64,000 nt of DNA. It comes from Phoronis australis (lineage: Eukaryota > Animalia > Phoronida). The translations under genes and the position numbers were made by a program. Numbering within the stretch: the first letter of the stretch is position 1; every line of letters begins with the position of its first letter. The notes under the pieces were generated by a model. The model searched no databases. It was not told the DNA's origin and saw only the letters and a program-made list of their open reading frames with translations. The stretch lies in NCBI GenBank assembly GCA_002633005.1, contig NMRA01000130.1, positions 484,969-548,968 of the forward strand, read 5' to 3'. Below are positions 1 to 14,100 of this stretch, one piece after another.

Positions 1-580
1 TCTGGTCTTAGCTAAGACAATTGTAGATTTGATTTCAATTTGGACACTGTTTATTAACATGGCTGCTAAAGGTTCGTGATAAGTCTGAATATGGAAATTT
101 ATCAACTTAATGTCAGTTTCGCTCTTATAAACAATACAGCCTCGCATTTGCAATAACGTGCGAACGAAATTTTTGTTGAGAAATTTGACAAGATAAAAAT
201 TCACCTGTCTGCCATACTGTGTCCCAAACTGAAGAATTTTTTTTCGTAATTTCATTTCTGATATTTATTTACCTGGTGACCTATCGAATGACATTTTTGT
301 ATACTTAAAAGTGTGAACAGCTTTTTGTCATCTATGGCAACCTTCTCAAAACGATCGGTTGTGTCAGTTTCAAGCCGCAAATTACTACCCAACATCTTAG
401 CCATTGTTGACTTGTGCCTACGTTTACTTCGCTATACATGAAGGAGAGTAGCCAATCACAATCAATATGATCTGGGCGATCAAAACCTTAGGGCGTCATA
501 CTGTGGTCCATGGCGCTAATTACGTTACTTAATTTACATAAATATGTAATTCTTAAACCAATGTGGAAATGCATATCGCA

Positions 581-653
581 AACATTTTTAAGTCTGGTCA
601 GCACGCCACCTGGTGGGGCCATAGGTGGTGTGCTGACCAGACGTAAAAATGTT
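581..653. repeat. Short palindromic hairpin, probably a tiny MITE
   Basis: About 31-bp arms AACATTTTTAAGTCTGGTCAGCACGCCACCT / AGGTGGTGTGCTGACCAGACGTAAAAATGTT with 2 mismatches and an 11-nt spacer. Confidence 0.75.
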
Positions 654-1240
654 TTTGATGTCACTTGATTTTGTTCCGTTTTCTTGTCTTAGCAAAACTG
701 AATTTGCAAATGTGACCTTCAGAAAGTTTGTCAATGATGATATGGTTATGGTGGTTCTTGACCTATTTAGCGCACTATGTTTAGGACAAGTGTAAGTTTT
801 TTGTCACCTTTCTCAACAAAATTACAAACATTTAGAAAATTTTAGTCTTTTGTCTGCTTCGTCTGTATGATAGACAAGATAAAGCAAAATTTGGAAAAAT
901 TTCTATTATTTGCAGTAAGATAATCTGCCATTGAAAACAAAGAAAAACAACATTTTTGCGAAATAATTAAAAAATTGCTGTTATTCTACACTTAGTTGTT
1001 GGACAAGCGAAATTTTATTTTTAAAAATTTTCAGCAAAACTAAAGTGTAACAATTTTTAGTCTATCAGTAAGTAGCTTGCTTTGTACAGTGACAATGTTA
1101 TAAATAAAAATTGGTTAGTTTCTTTTGTTTTTTTTTGAAAAATAGTAAAACTTATTTGGCAATTATTTTTGTGCAAAATCAGTGAAGAATCGTTGCACAT
1201 ACGAAAACCATACAAGTGATTTTTCACAAATACTGAACGA

Positions 1241-1742
1241 TTTGTAGGACCCTAGAAAAAGTGTCTGAACATCGTATCTCAGATATGGCTGATTGTATTC
1301 ATATAAAACTTACTGATACTTTACTTTTCACTGTTCACCAAAACGCTTTTACGAATTGTTTTTAAAATTCTACACTTTGGTACAAGAGGCTATCAAGAAT
1401 AGGAGTTTGTTTTAATATTGATATGAAGAAATTCAAAAGTTGCATAAAATGAAAATGAAATAATAATTTAGAAAACCGTAACATCGTTCTGTAGATTTCC
1501 TCTTGAACATTTATATCAAATAACATTTGATCATGTTATTGATACCGTCATTTTTCTATGAATGCGCCTTTATTTTTGCTCAATTTAACTAGAATAGACA
1601 TGGTCACGTGACCCAATCAATGGCAGATGGCACAAAAATCAAATTCTACAGGCTTTCTAGCTTCATGAAGTGTATAGTTTTACTCAGGTAAAATTTATAG
1701 TTGTGTAAATACATAGACATGTCAATAAAGTCCTACACAACC
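1241..1742 (+). mobile_element. About 500-bp non-autonomous TTAA-target DNA transposon (Kolobok-like), family A copy
   Basis: Starts tgtaggaccctagaaaa, ends cctacacaacc+TTAA; shares internal blocks (aacatcgtatctcag, catggtcacgtgac) with copies at 5977, 12590, 15765 and 26100. Confidence 0.7.
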
Positions 1743-2121
1743 TTAAATAGCTTGCTTGAGAATGTTGGTGTGCTAAATAGTTGTTGTGTAGTCGCACATA
1801 ATGAAGCACTGTTTTTACATTCTTTATGAATCAGGAATTTTTATACACAGGGTTGCCTAATTTGTGAATGGCGGAAGTGAAACCAGGATAGGAAACTGCT
1901 TTGGTAATAACATAACCAGAGGTGTTTGTTTTCGGAGGTTTAGATAACGAAGGTGTCATAGATCAAGAGGAATAGACGAGGGGTTTGACCTTCAAATGCC
2001 CTATTGTCTTATTGAGACTGTAAATGGCATCTGACAAGAAACTGATAAATGAACTGTAGAGTAAGAATGGAGTCACTGAAGCCTTTGTTGCCTGATGCAC
2101 TGTGGAGTGAAGTGGGGCCTG

Positions 2122-2347
2122 CAGTAAAATGTCACCAATTTCGGACAAAAATAATGGATAGAAGTGTTCTCGTTTCACTTTTTAATGATTTCTAGCAATG
2201 TGAAAGGTCACAGTTTCTCAAAACACTATCAGGTTTTAATTATGGTTGGGTTAGTTGAACATGGAAATGAATTTGATGCTACATACATTCGTGGAGGAAA
2301 GTTCATGTGTCAGCCATATTGTGTCTTAAATTGGTGAAATTTTACAA
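2122..2347. mobile_element. Tc1/mariner-like MITE (family B)
   Basis: TIRs cagtaaaatgtcaccaattt / aaattggtgaaattttacaa; related copies at 14222 and 21503. Confidence 0.6.
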
Positions 2348-2686
2348 TACATGTCACGTGTCAGTTTCTGAAACTTATGGGTGTTACTTAAATAGAAGAT
2401 TCTAATGTTTTTCTTAATTTATGGCTTGAATTCGCTTAAGTCATTAAAGTCATTTTGAAGTGTTACACAGTATTTAAACCACACACATTTTGCAATAACC
2501 ATGTAAAGTTGCAATAACCCAAAATATTGTTGGATGGTCATGTGAGTCCTTGGGCATTGCACTGGGAAGAAAATAGAGTCAGTGAAGAAATATGGGTGGT
2601 GTAAATATCTTAAATTATGCGTGTTTTTATATAAGTGATGTTACTAATCGAGGCCGCTATACCGGTTTCTCTAACCGTAGCCAATA

Positions 2687-2826
2687 ACACAACTAATAAT
2701 AGTTTACATGATTATTAAACATGTATGTATTCTTATAACATAATAAGTGAGTGGACACAACTAATATTAGTTTACATGATTATTAAACATGTATGTATTC
2801 TTATTACATAATAAATGAGTGGGCAC
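2687..2826. repeat. 68-bp tandem duplication (2 copies)
   Basis: acacaactaat(a/t)...gagtgg repeated at 2687 and 2755. Confidence 0.9.
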
Positions 2827-3644
2827 CTCATTAGTTTGGCTCCGTTTTGTTAGTATTGTAAATTTTTAAATAATCATATATCTATACTTAGCTCACCAAT
2901 GGCGAAATCATGTATTTTTTGTCAAATTTCTCAACAAAAATCAATGGTAGCCTTAGAGAAATTTTACGTGATTCTTACCATAGATTATACTGTAGGTATA
3001 TAGATTTCACAAAACAAAATTGTATTAAGATTCCGTTGTGAGATCTAATTCAGTCTTTGAAAAATTGAAAAAGCAGCTTCTTAACAATGTATACTTGAGT
3101 GTGTGAAATAACTGAAGAATTATCGCAGGTCTATGGGTTAGTAAAGTAACATGCTCTTTGGTGAACATTACTGAGACTGTGTCACAATGGTCTGATATTA
3201 GACCAACATGGACCGGTCTTGAGAGTCATATCATGTCATATGGACCGAAGGTAAGCATGTAGTCTGGTATACATGACGGATCAGTCTATATTTGTTTTAT
3301 TACATGGTCACTGATGATTGCTTTCTCATTTTTTTCATATCCTATTAAATTAGCCTGCTCTTTTTCCTGCTTTGATGTACTGACATCGTCTGCTCACTTC
3401 ATGGTCAGGATTTATGGTCTCTACAGCATCTGATTGGTCAGGTTGCGAATAGCGACATCTGACACTAAGGTGGACAATATTACGCTAGATCGGAAGTTGT
3501 CGTTGAGCATTTGAGCCAATCACAGGACACAAGTGTCAGTGGCCATGTTCTAAAGCAGGATCCTACACAACCTTCTAGATAGTCAGTTTTATGACTGCAC
3601 CCTAGATTTTGTCCTTGTGAGAATGTATTTACTTTCTGTTGCAG

Positions 3645-3791
3645 GATCGTAAGAGCCCTGTGCCAACACCTGTGCTAGTAGAAGACCAGATCGCCATGAT
3701 TGCACTGTCTGCAGAACAGCTAGTCCCAACCCTGGATCACTATGAACCTAAACCGATGAATATGAAGAAAGAGATCAATAGAGAGATTGAT
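3645..3791 (+). CDS. NAB: NAB exon (start of NCD2 region)
   Basis: ttctgttgcag|GAT...GAT|gtaaga; 49 codons [49 protein letters not shown]; phase 0/0. Confidence 0.88.
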
Positions 3792-6700
3792 GTAAGAGTC
3801 TTGAAGCTTCTTGTCACCATGTTATTAGAAAACCAGTGTGGTGACAGCAGTTGGAATAAAAAGTGCGAAGTATTTAACTAAAAATATCTGAGTCACACCA
3901 ACTTCTTAGTTCATTTGCGGATAAACTCTTCACCTCGTGACGATTCCACTCTGATGGCAGCAAATGTGTAAATTAGCTCGTGCTAATTCTAGGAGCCTAA
4001 TCGTGGAACTTTTAAGTAAATTAGTCACATGTGCCTAATTGTGGATATTGTCGAATGACTGTAGAGTTTGTGGGAAATTGTTTGATGATTTTTCAAAACA
4101 GTTCTGTTGACTCCTAAAGTCATAAGGTTTTTTAGCTTATTAACTTCTCAGATGAGATACGCTTTGAAAAGGAAATCATTCTTTAAATATTCTACAGTTT
4201 AGGACATTAGCTAAACTTTGGGTCGCCGAAATTCCAACCAAATTTGAGATTTCTTGACTTTGAAGATTGGTACGCGGGAAATTTTGTTATTCATCTTATA
4301 TCTTAAATATGGAGCACTGCGTTTTGTATCAACAAAATATCAAAATAGACTTGGCTGTTCATAAAATCATTGAAAATAGCCATCATTGGCGCATTTTCAC
4401 GCGTCCCCATTGTTTGTAATACCATGGTGACTGATGGTTTGTAGTTGCATTTGGAATGGCCAGTATTGCATATTTCTGAAATTTGACAAAAGCTCAATGC
4501 TTGAGCAAAATGATAATTTTTTACCATCCTAAACTTGAAAATTTTTACTGTAATTAACGTTGATTTTCAAAGAAAAACGCATTTTGTTTCGGCCATTTTT
4601 CAATGCAGAACATTGCCTAATCTATGTATTAAGGCCTAGCCAAATTGCACACGAGCGAGTGACATGAATAAAATTCATGTTGCAGTGTCATGCAGTGGGG
4701 CGGCCATTTTGGTCACGAAAGTTTTAGTGCTCAAAGTAAACAGTGGTTGACGAAGAAGGAATACTATTGCTCTTCTTTACATACAGACATTTAACGTGTG
4801 ATGGGCACTTCCTATCGATAAAAGACAGTATGGCAGTATGGCAAATTCTATCAAATAGCATCAGACTTTCGATTAGATTGAGAAAAATTATGACAATATT
4901 TCAGAGTATTGCCTGAATAGTTTGAGAATCTTTTAGACTTTGTGACCAATCCGCTCCCAAATCTGTTGTTTTAAAGAAATGTCTTAGTGTTGTAATCGAC
5001 ACATGGCTTGTTATACTGCAACTAATCTTGTCTTGCCAAATGAATTAGCGTGCCGCTTATGCACAGAGAAAGTAATTGTAAACAAGAGTGCAAATCAAAA
5101 TTTGTGCTCTGTGATTGGTTCAAGCCGGTGCAAGATGACGTGACAGAAATAGAAGTGTACCGTTTCTATTTTCTGTTGCGCAGTGTTGCTCTCGTTGCTT
5201 ACGTGCAGTGGGGACACTACTACAGAAATTCAGGTGTTCCAAGTGAACGTGAATAAAATCGTCTCGTTCACACGTGTGCAGCCTGGCCAGGCCTCTGGAA
5301 TTGAACTTTCTGAAACGGCCACACTTCTGTGTCACTACTTCTTCCAGTTTGTGAGGAAGTTTTGTGTTAATGTCGCAAATTTCCCGTTACTCAAACATCA
5401 GTTCCTGTAACAGAGATCTATTTGAGAACTGTTTACTGCTGTTTGTGAACAGCCATGTGTGCAAATTAATCACTGCATTATTACCATGACACATGGAATT
5501 CTTGTATTTCCCACAGTACGTCATTAAGTTGCCATTTGACACTGAGAACAGGATGGACTTAATACGCAAGTATTCCGCCATATATGGACGGTTCGACTCC
5601 AAACGAAAAGGAGAAAAACCCATGTCAATGCATGAAGTAAGTTTATGTAAAAGCTTCTCTTTTAACTTAATATTTAAGAGACGTAGAGTAAAATTCTTGA
5701 ATTATGAAACTCGCGCTTTGTGCCATTTGAAGTCAAATAGTAAAGAAGTGGTGTATGTGGTAATATTGCTTCATTTTGCATTTGTTCTTTATAACACAAT
5801 ATTCAATGTTCATTAATTTGTGAAATATGACGAAAGCAGAAATTAAGGTTTTTTTAATTGTTTTTCTTTGTGCAATAGACCCATGACCTTTAATACAGAA
5901 ACAAAATTTGATTGATTGATTGATATAATTGTTGATGAATCCGATGCATGGTTGTCTGCTCGTGATTGCATTTTAAGATTGTGTAGGTCCCTAGAAAAAT
6001 GTCCAATTTTTGCCAACTTTGGAACATCGTATCTTAGAAATGACTGATCGGACTCTTATGAAACTAGTAAATGCTTTGTACACTGTTCTACAAAATGTGG
6101 CTAGGAATTGTTTTTAAAATGTTTCACTTTTGAATGCGGTGCTATAAGAAAAAGGATTTATATGATTTTCATGAAACAATTAATCAGTTCCATAAAACAA
6201 AAAAACAAAACGATTATTTAGAACACAGTAACAGCATTTTTGAGATTATATTTTGAACATTTATATCGTACAAAATTTGGTCATGTTATCGGCCCCGTTG
6301 TTTGCTATGTAATGTACCTTTTTTGTTCAATTTTCCTTAAAAAGCAAGGTCACGTGACTCACTTAGTAGCAGATTGGTATAAGTCGAAGATCAAATTCTT
6401 CGGAATTTCTACTTTCAGAAAATATATACCTTTGCTGAGTTAAAATCTATTGTTTTGCAGACATTTGACTTAATGTACAGGCTTGTCGATAAGACACTGA
6501 GAGTTTTTAGTCATAAATCATTTCTAACGAAACTATTAATGTTTATCTGAAAATTAATGGATTCAATCCTTACTCACCCGCAAGCCATTCAAATTGACAT
6601 TCCTTCTTTGCAGATATCTGTTAATGAGGCTGCAGCACAGATTTGTAAATTCATACCAGCATTGATGACAAGACGTGATGAGTTGTTTCCCCTGGCTAGA

Positions 6701-9700
6701 CAGGTGGTGAGGGACAGCGGCTACCAGTACTCAAAGGGCCACTCCAGGTGAGTTAATGGTCACTCTTAGCTGACCCTTGACATGTGGAGTCACTCAGGTG
6801 ACCTTTCTGCGTGGGTCACTCTTTTGTTTTATTGTAATATTGTACTATTTGTCAATAAATCATATTGTTTAAATGACCTGTAGTAATGGGAGACTTTCAG
6901 AAAGTGACGAGGACTGATTATGTGAAGCCGGTGACTCGTATCGCCACCTAGCTGTTCGAGGAGCAACTTCGTCTTTGCAGCGGGTGGCAGAGGAGAACAG
7001 TGTGACTTTGTGAAAAGACCCTTTTACAATGTATGTGATTAGACGTGATGTGTTTTTGACAAAAGGTACAAGTGCCTCCCCGTCATCTAGAGTTCCCTGG
7101 TATCTGGTCCCACATGACCAGTCACCATGTTGCTATTTGCTTCCTAGCCACACTGTGGCTTATAAATCAAAATGTCCAAGGAGACCAGTTCATAAAAAAT
7201 AGGCTATACAAATACAAGAAATCGTTTGTCCTCACTAAACAATAAGAGTAAATAACAGGGGTCTGTTTTATGAAAAGTGACTTTTGGTCTTGCGCTCGTA
7301 CTTCACAAGTGCTGAAAAAACGTTTGGTTAAATAATTATGAGTGCATCACAGTCTAGAAATAATTTGTAGAAATTATATTAGCAGCCAGCAGTTATGTGC
7401 ATGTTATGAAAATTTTTGCCCTTTTGCCCAGGAGTGATATTATTAATTTTCAGAAATACTTGTGTTGTGATGAGACCAAATTTAGTGTTAAGTCACTTAA
7501 CACGAAAGAGACCCCTGTGTTCGGTTGCATGAAACAGTCCCAAATAGGGACTCCACTAAGTTCCCAAAATATTGTGTATTTGTTTCTTTCTTCACTCTCA
7601 GATGTTATATTCTTCTATCATTTTATCTTTGTTATGAGCTCCTCCTTGACTACTGACATTTTCTAATAATATAACTAAAAACTGAGCCCTTAATTAAGTC
7701 AAATTAATTAGGGACTTAGTCCTTAAATTAGGTGCGTTGCGTGAAAAGATACCTAATTATTTTCAATAATATTGAGAATTCAACTTATAGTTTCCTCTCA
7801 ATTCGTATCAAAGTCAAAAACTGACTTGATTATGAGACTTAAACAGTACAATAAAGGACAATCAGTGTTTTCACAAGTCCACAAATACGCAGTAGATTTA
7901 GGGAACTTAGTTAAGTCCCTATTTGGGACTGTTTCATGCAACATAGCACTGGTCTTCCTACTTGCTAAATAAATGCGTTACAAATGAAACAGAGTTATTT
8001 GTCATAAAAAACGAACTGATTTTGAATACCTATCTCATCAAAGATGGGACAAACTAACATGACCTCAGCAAATAACGCTGGTCAGAGATCTGTGTAGAGA
8101 ATACAAGAGCAAACCAAACGATTGTATTATATCATCCTTTACACATGGGGGAGTACAAAATTCATACAACCGTTTCGCAATAAGAGTGAAAATTCCACAA
8201 TGGCCAATTTAAACTTTCAGCGGTACGACTTCACATATAAACTGAGAATGTATGGATCTGTTATCTTAATAAATGCTTCTTTAAATAAAATTCTGTTTGA
8301 TAGTTTGCTTTGAACAATTCTTAGCCTTTGTTTTCTCAGAATTTCAACCCTCCATTCAGACTCTGAATGATCCGTCGATTTCATTTTGTCATTTTCCATA
8401 ATGTGCTGGGGGGAGTCTTTAATCAAGGATCGAGTTGATCTTATCTAAGTTTTCTATTACCTGTAGTTTATTGCTTAATGACAATCTACAGCACTACAAT
8501 CAAAGGGCTAGATCACAATCAAGTATCTGTGATAAGTATACCTGTCCGTACTCCGAACAATGCAACACTATAAATGATTACAAGGGAGGGACAATTGACC
8601 AAGTTTTAGATGGATGGTTGCCCTACCATAAATCCAACTTGAGGTTGCTCAGTGTCAGAATTTCTCCATCATGTGTTGTCATGGCTTGTTTTAGTCATTT
8701 GGGCTGGTTTTTGTGAACAGCGTCATATATCATTATGTATACCGTATTCGCCCTAATAAGCACCCAGGGCGCTTACAAAAATTCGCGCTTCAGAAAGGGG
8801 GGGCTTATTTTAGCCCAAAAGTGGTTGAAACCTGGTCTCCAAAACGGGTGAAATCATAAGCTAGAATTCATCAAATTTACGCTCTTTGACGCATCTGTAA
8901 CCGTATGACAGTTTCTATAAAATTGCAGTGCGTTGCTATCAAACTTTGTAGTTAAATTACGAGCATTCAGAAAATCCCACTGCCAAAAAATTGCCGACTG
9001 ATGTGTCGCTGCCTCGCGATCACTGATAGGTCAACTTGAATTCTTGAGTACAAATAGAGTTTCGACTCAACAAATTACCTGAAGTCCTCCTCAAGTTTTC
9101 AAAATACTGTCCCTATGATTTTTAAGTTCCTGTGGAGTCGGGATTAACAGCATATTTAGTCCAAATCTGCGCTAGATCATACTCCGCAACACGAGAAGAA
9201 TCTCTGGACGAACCCACATGTTGTTGTCACATGATGCTTGCTTTGAAGTTCATCTGCGTATTGTGTAAGTCAGCGAGCACGTGCGTGTCATCCGATGGGA
9301 GTTCATTTGCCAGAGTAAACGCGAACTAAGGAAATTAGCACAAGCGGTAAAGCAGAATGGGTTTTATTTAGCGCTTCTTGATCTCATCTGCTCAAAAACG
9401 TTCATGAATTGTCTCGGTAAGGCCGATGTCATCGAGTCGCCGGGTGACTGGTTGCATGACTGTCTTACAGTTATTTTCCAGGAGATTCAGGTGGTGTAAG
9501 GGTGCGGAAGTGTTCACCATAGTGGGTCATTTTGACTTTAAAAACACCAAGATTATGACTAACTTAATAATTCCCCCTTAAAATATTGCAAATGTTTTTT
9601 ACGGTATTAGAAACTTTCGGAAATAATCATATGCCAGTATTTATTTCTTACTGATGCTATACTACCCGTTTCATGAATAAATAGTTCCCGAAGACTAATC

Positions 9701-11098
9701 TTCGATGACAGGTACTTGTCAGTAGCGCGCGCTTCATGGCCACGTGCTTTTGACTGGACAAAGGTCAAGTTTTTATTAGTCTTCTGTCCGCGCTTGCGTT
9801 CTTTTTGAAGCAAGGCGGAAGTTTGAAGTGTATAGTCACGGCTAAATATCGACATAGCGGCGAGGCTCATGGTCTACAAATTCTGCGCACATTGATTTTT
9901 TCAAGACTGTTGGTTCTAATTGATAAATTGAATACGTTAGTGTAGAATTTTAGAACTGTAGGTAAGGCATTTTTCACATGTACACAGCGTTTGTGGACTG
10001 GGCGCTTATTTTAGCAAAGTCTGAAAATGCGTGGGGGCACTTATAGGGCGAATAGGTTAAGTGATTTCAAAAGGGAATGATTTTGTTGCCATCTGGTGAT
10101 GAGTAAAATAACTAGGTTAGTAAAAAGGGTTCACCCAAGCACCACCAGAGGGACTTAGAGAGTGTTAGCCAATCAGTTGTGGTCGGTTATTTATAATATT
10201 CTGTTGCTCTGGATGGGTCACTCTAATTGTCACTCAGGGTGGCTTCTCAATATGCTGGTTGTTGTCTCCAGTGGTCACTCAGAGGTGGTTGTTCTTAATG
10301 ACAGAACCTATTAAGTTGCGCTTATGACTTAGTGTTGGTTAAATAATTAACCAGGTTATTGTCACTTTTAATGGCCACCTTAGGTACAGGGCTACTCCAG
10401 TGGTCAGTTCAAGTTAATTACTCCTATGTTAAGTCGTAGTTAGCTTCTCAAATCACTGCTCTGTTTTCCTATGGTCACTTGGGGCGGTACGTTGCCCTCA
10501 CCTCTGAGTTGATCATTCTAGTGGTCAGTCTTGGGAGAGTGTTGTAATAATTTCATGTGTGTTACGCTCTCCCTGTATCGGTAAAAACATTGCCAGTTGA
10601 AGGGGTTGATTTACGTAAGTCCAGGTCACAACAAATGTTAGTTTTGTGCATTTAATATGTGATAATTTTTCAGAGCTCAAAGTGAGACTCCTGTTGCCAA
10701 AAGAATGAAGTTAGACCTTGCCTCTAGCGATTCCAATGGCTCAGACTTCGACAAAACCAAGGCAGAGGTATAGTTGTCTGAACTGGTGATTGGTTAAGAT
10801 ACATGCAGTGAAAGTAAATCAAGTGCATGACTTTAAATCTAGTTGCAGAGGCAGTCAGAGATTTGAACCACGTAGGGTAATTTCGTAAAATTTAATATGC
10901 TAATTTAAAGGTTTCGGTCAAAAATTTTTATTCGGGCAGTAGCGTGCAGAGGTCTGGTGATGCCTGGGGTGGTTGTCTCTACTCAAATGCATGGACCCTA
11001 GTACTAAGAAAAGGAAAAAATGAAACGTAAAATAGAAACTTGATTGAAGATGAGTTTGCAGTGGTAATATCATTACTGTTGTTGTTGTTGTTGTTGTT

Positions 11099-11130
<32 letters not shown>

Positions 11131-14100
11131 ATTTATTCACCAAGTAAACATCAATACCAAGTATGAGTAAAAATTATCAGTATTCTTAGTACGTGTTGTT
11201 TAATAAATAAAGATTGACAAAAGTTTGAAACATTGGTGTTTAATCCATGATTTGATGTCAAATTGTAAAAATTAATGTGTCGTCTGCTGTCTTCACCAGG
11301 GTCGTCTGAAGGACATCGTTAATGGGTTACAACAGATCGCTGACATTCAGGAACAGATTAAACTGAAAATTGAGGAGGCGAAAGAACAGGAAGAGTACGA
11401 AGTGATTCACGGACTTCAGGTGATAAAGACATTCTGTTACTAAAAACTTAAATAGATCTTTTCTTAAAATTATATTAAGCCCTGTTTTGGAGATTTCATC
11501 CAAAATTGGTTCCATCACTTCCTGACACACAATGGCTGAACTTGATTGATTTTGCCAGCTACGCTGAGTCATCCAGCTAAGGGATCTGATTGGCATTCAA
11601 TGATGACTTCTGGCTCATAGACCAATGAGGTGAATTAGCCGGTTGCAGCCAATTAGTCTATCCTATGAGAGACAAATACATTATTTTAACTATCACTTCT
11701 TCACTGCGTCACATAGTGGATCCTATGTTTGATTTGTGCGGCTATTCCCCGCAGTTGTCACCTTAGTGCACCCAAACTGTTAGTCATGTTTGCTGATTTA
11801 AAAGGCTTTGTTAATAGTTTTTAAGGTTTTTCTGAACTTTTGATTGTAGACTTCAGTGACGGAGCATAGTTAAAAGGATACTAAACCCTGTTTAGGGGAT
11901 TTCAGCTAATCCTCGCTCTAAACCCTGCTAATGCACTATTCGTGTGAAAACAGTATTCAACTAATAACACTTGAACTGTGCCATAAAATGGATTGTGTGG
12001 TTTCTGGCGGGTGGTTTTCCTTGTAGATTCTGCCTAACTCAGCTAATGCGTTAGTCAGTTTTCAAACTTGTTCCAAACTTTTGAGGGTCGATGAGGGTTG
12101 TGTAAATGACTTCAGAATGGAAGTTTATACAGATGCATCTGTTAATAGGCTAGAATTGGACTTAGTATCCTTTTAAGTTTCCACAATATGTAGTGACTGA
12201 GTCTTTGATATCTGTTAAAAAGCCAAGACTTAGTTTAGCATCCTTTGAAGTTGGTGTGTAGATGGCTTTACTTATCTTGTTGTTTTCATCCCTGCGTTTC
12301 TGTTTCTTTATGTGTGTAATAGCTACTCTACTGTTTGTATATTGCTGTGTTGCATTACAGTCTTCCTGTTTTTGCTGCCTATTTTCCTGAAATTCTGTAT
12401 TGCTTCCCCTCTGTCAAAACAGAGGCTATTGGACGTGCATCTACACCCCAAAAATAACACCTATAAGCCACACCTCTGCACAGTATGCAACTTTTAAGGT
12501 TGTATGGACCTTATCAACAACCATGTGCTGTGCTATCACTGAAGAGGCCACCTTCATTTTAAATATCACAATAAATAAATAAATGTGCGTTTAGCCAAAT
12601 ATCTGCAGTATGTTAAGTATATACTTTCTGATATCGGAAAGCCTGAAAATTTTGAATTTTCACTTCATACCAATCAGTCATTAATTGGGTCATGTCTTTA
12701 TTGAAATTTATTCAAAATAGTTTGGTGCATTATTTTATAGGAGAACTATCGTTATCGGTTTTTAATACCATGACCAAGATTTTTTTGAAATTTCAAGAAG
12801 GATATGAAAATTTTGTAAATCACCCTTTTGTTTTCATTTTATGCGGCAACAGTCGAGTTTTTTCCTAAAATTCCTGAAGGTACTAATTTTTGATAGCCTC
12901 ACATGCTAAACTAGAACGATTTAAAAGCAAATCCTAACAGTATTTGGATGCTATTGCGTAAAGAACAGTATCTGAAAGTTTTCTCCTGAATACAATCGGG
13001 CATCTCCGAGATGTTAGGGTACAAAATCATGATATGGAATTTGCACCGTGTTTGAATGTTTGCCCTGTGAGAACACCGTAGTTCGTTTCACACCACTGAC
13101 CTTGTTGCTTGAACTTTCAGAAATCTCTAGAAGAATGTGCTAGTGAACAGCTGAAGTTATTGACAGAGCAAGCTGAGATTAAGAGGAGGGAGAAACTATG
13201 CCATAAGTGAGTAGCGTTTTCACACTCAAAATTTTTCTCAGAATTCTCAATCAACTGCAATTGATCTTGCGAAAATCGACCTTGTATTGAAGGCGTGTTC
13301 CTCTTTCTAGTGAGGCATCGTTTGTAGAATTTGATTGTTGGACTAATCGATGTCGGGCAGACGCTATTTTTCAAACTGAATAAAAATCAGTTTTACCATC
13401 AATTGTGTTGTTTTAGTCTCCAAAGATGTCTCAAATTTAAGACTTTTTGCAGTGTGAAAGAAACGATGTCTACTGTGAAAGTTTGTGGTAGCGGAGTTTG
13501 TTGTATAGGCTAACAGTTCTTAAATTGTAATAAACTTGTTGAAAATACACACCAAAATTGTAAATAATGCGGTTTCGTGTTTGTAATTAAACACAAAACA
13601 GTCAAGTCCTCAAACTTAGTATAATTTCTCAGCAGTTTAATTCGTAATCTGAAACATGCTTTGGTGATTGTTTTTAATGCTGAGGTGCATTTTGATTTCA
13701 GGAAATCTCTGGAGCCCAACGGGCTAGATGACAATGGTGAGTGTGCGCCATTTTCTTAATATGCAGTGGTGACGTACGGATCGCGAGATGGTGGTAGAGT
13801 GCTTAGGGGACACGGGCTTAACCATGGGTGCCACATCGGGCCACAGCCCCTCGTTCGTGGCAAAAAGTCCTCCGGCGGTTAAAACTTATTTCAGTTTTGC
13901 ATTTGAATGCCTCCAGAGTTGCCACACACTTCACCCTCCCTTCCTGGTCCTCGACAACAATTTTGCACTCGACTCCCTCTGTTGGATACTTCTGGCAACC
14001 CCGGTGTTGCTCTCTCCTGGAGATTTGAGGATTTCACGTTGTTGTGAATGTTTTTGCTGTCTTCATGCTGTCAAATTATTAATGTTGAGCTAAGGATTTG

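Noticed and set aside
1-3644. NAB NCD1 (N-terminal) exon
   Set aside because: No LQ.ANLL.Y / QGGDDVQQL-type motif found; the region is dominated by repeats.
6809-6817. EGR-binding sites in NAB introns (GCGTGGGTC here, GCGTGGGGG at 10029)
   Set aside because: Both mismatch GCG(T/G)GGGCG, are isolated, and the second lies in a transposon end.
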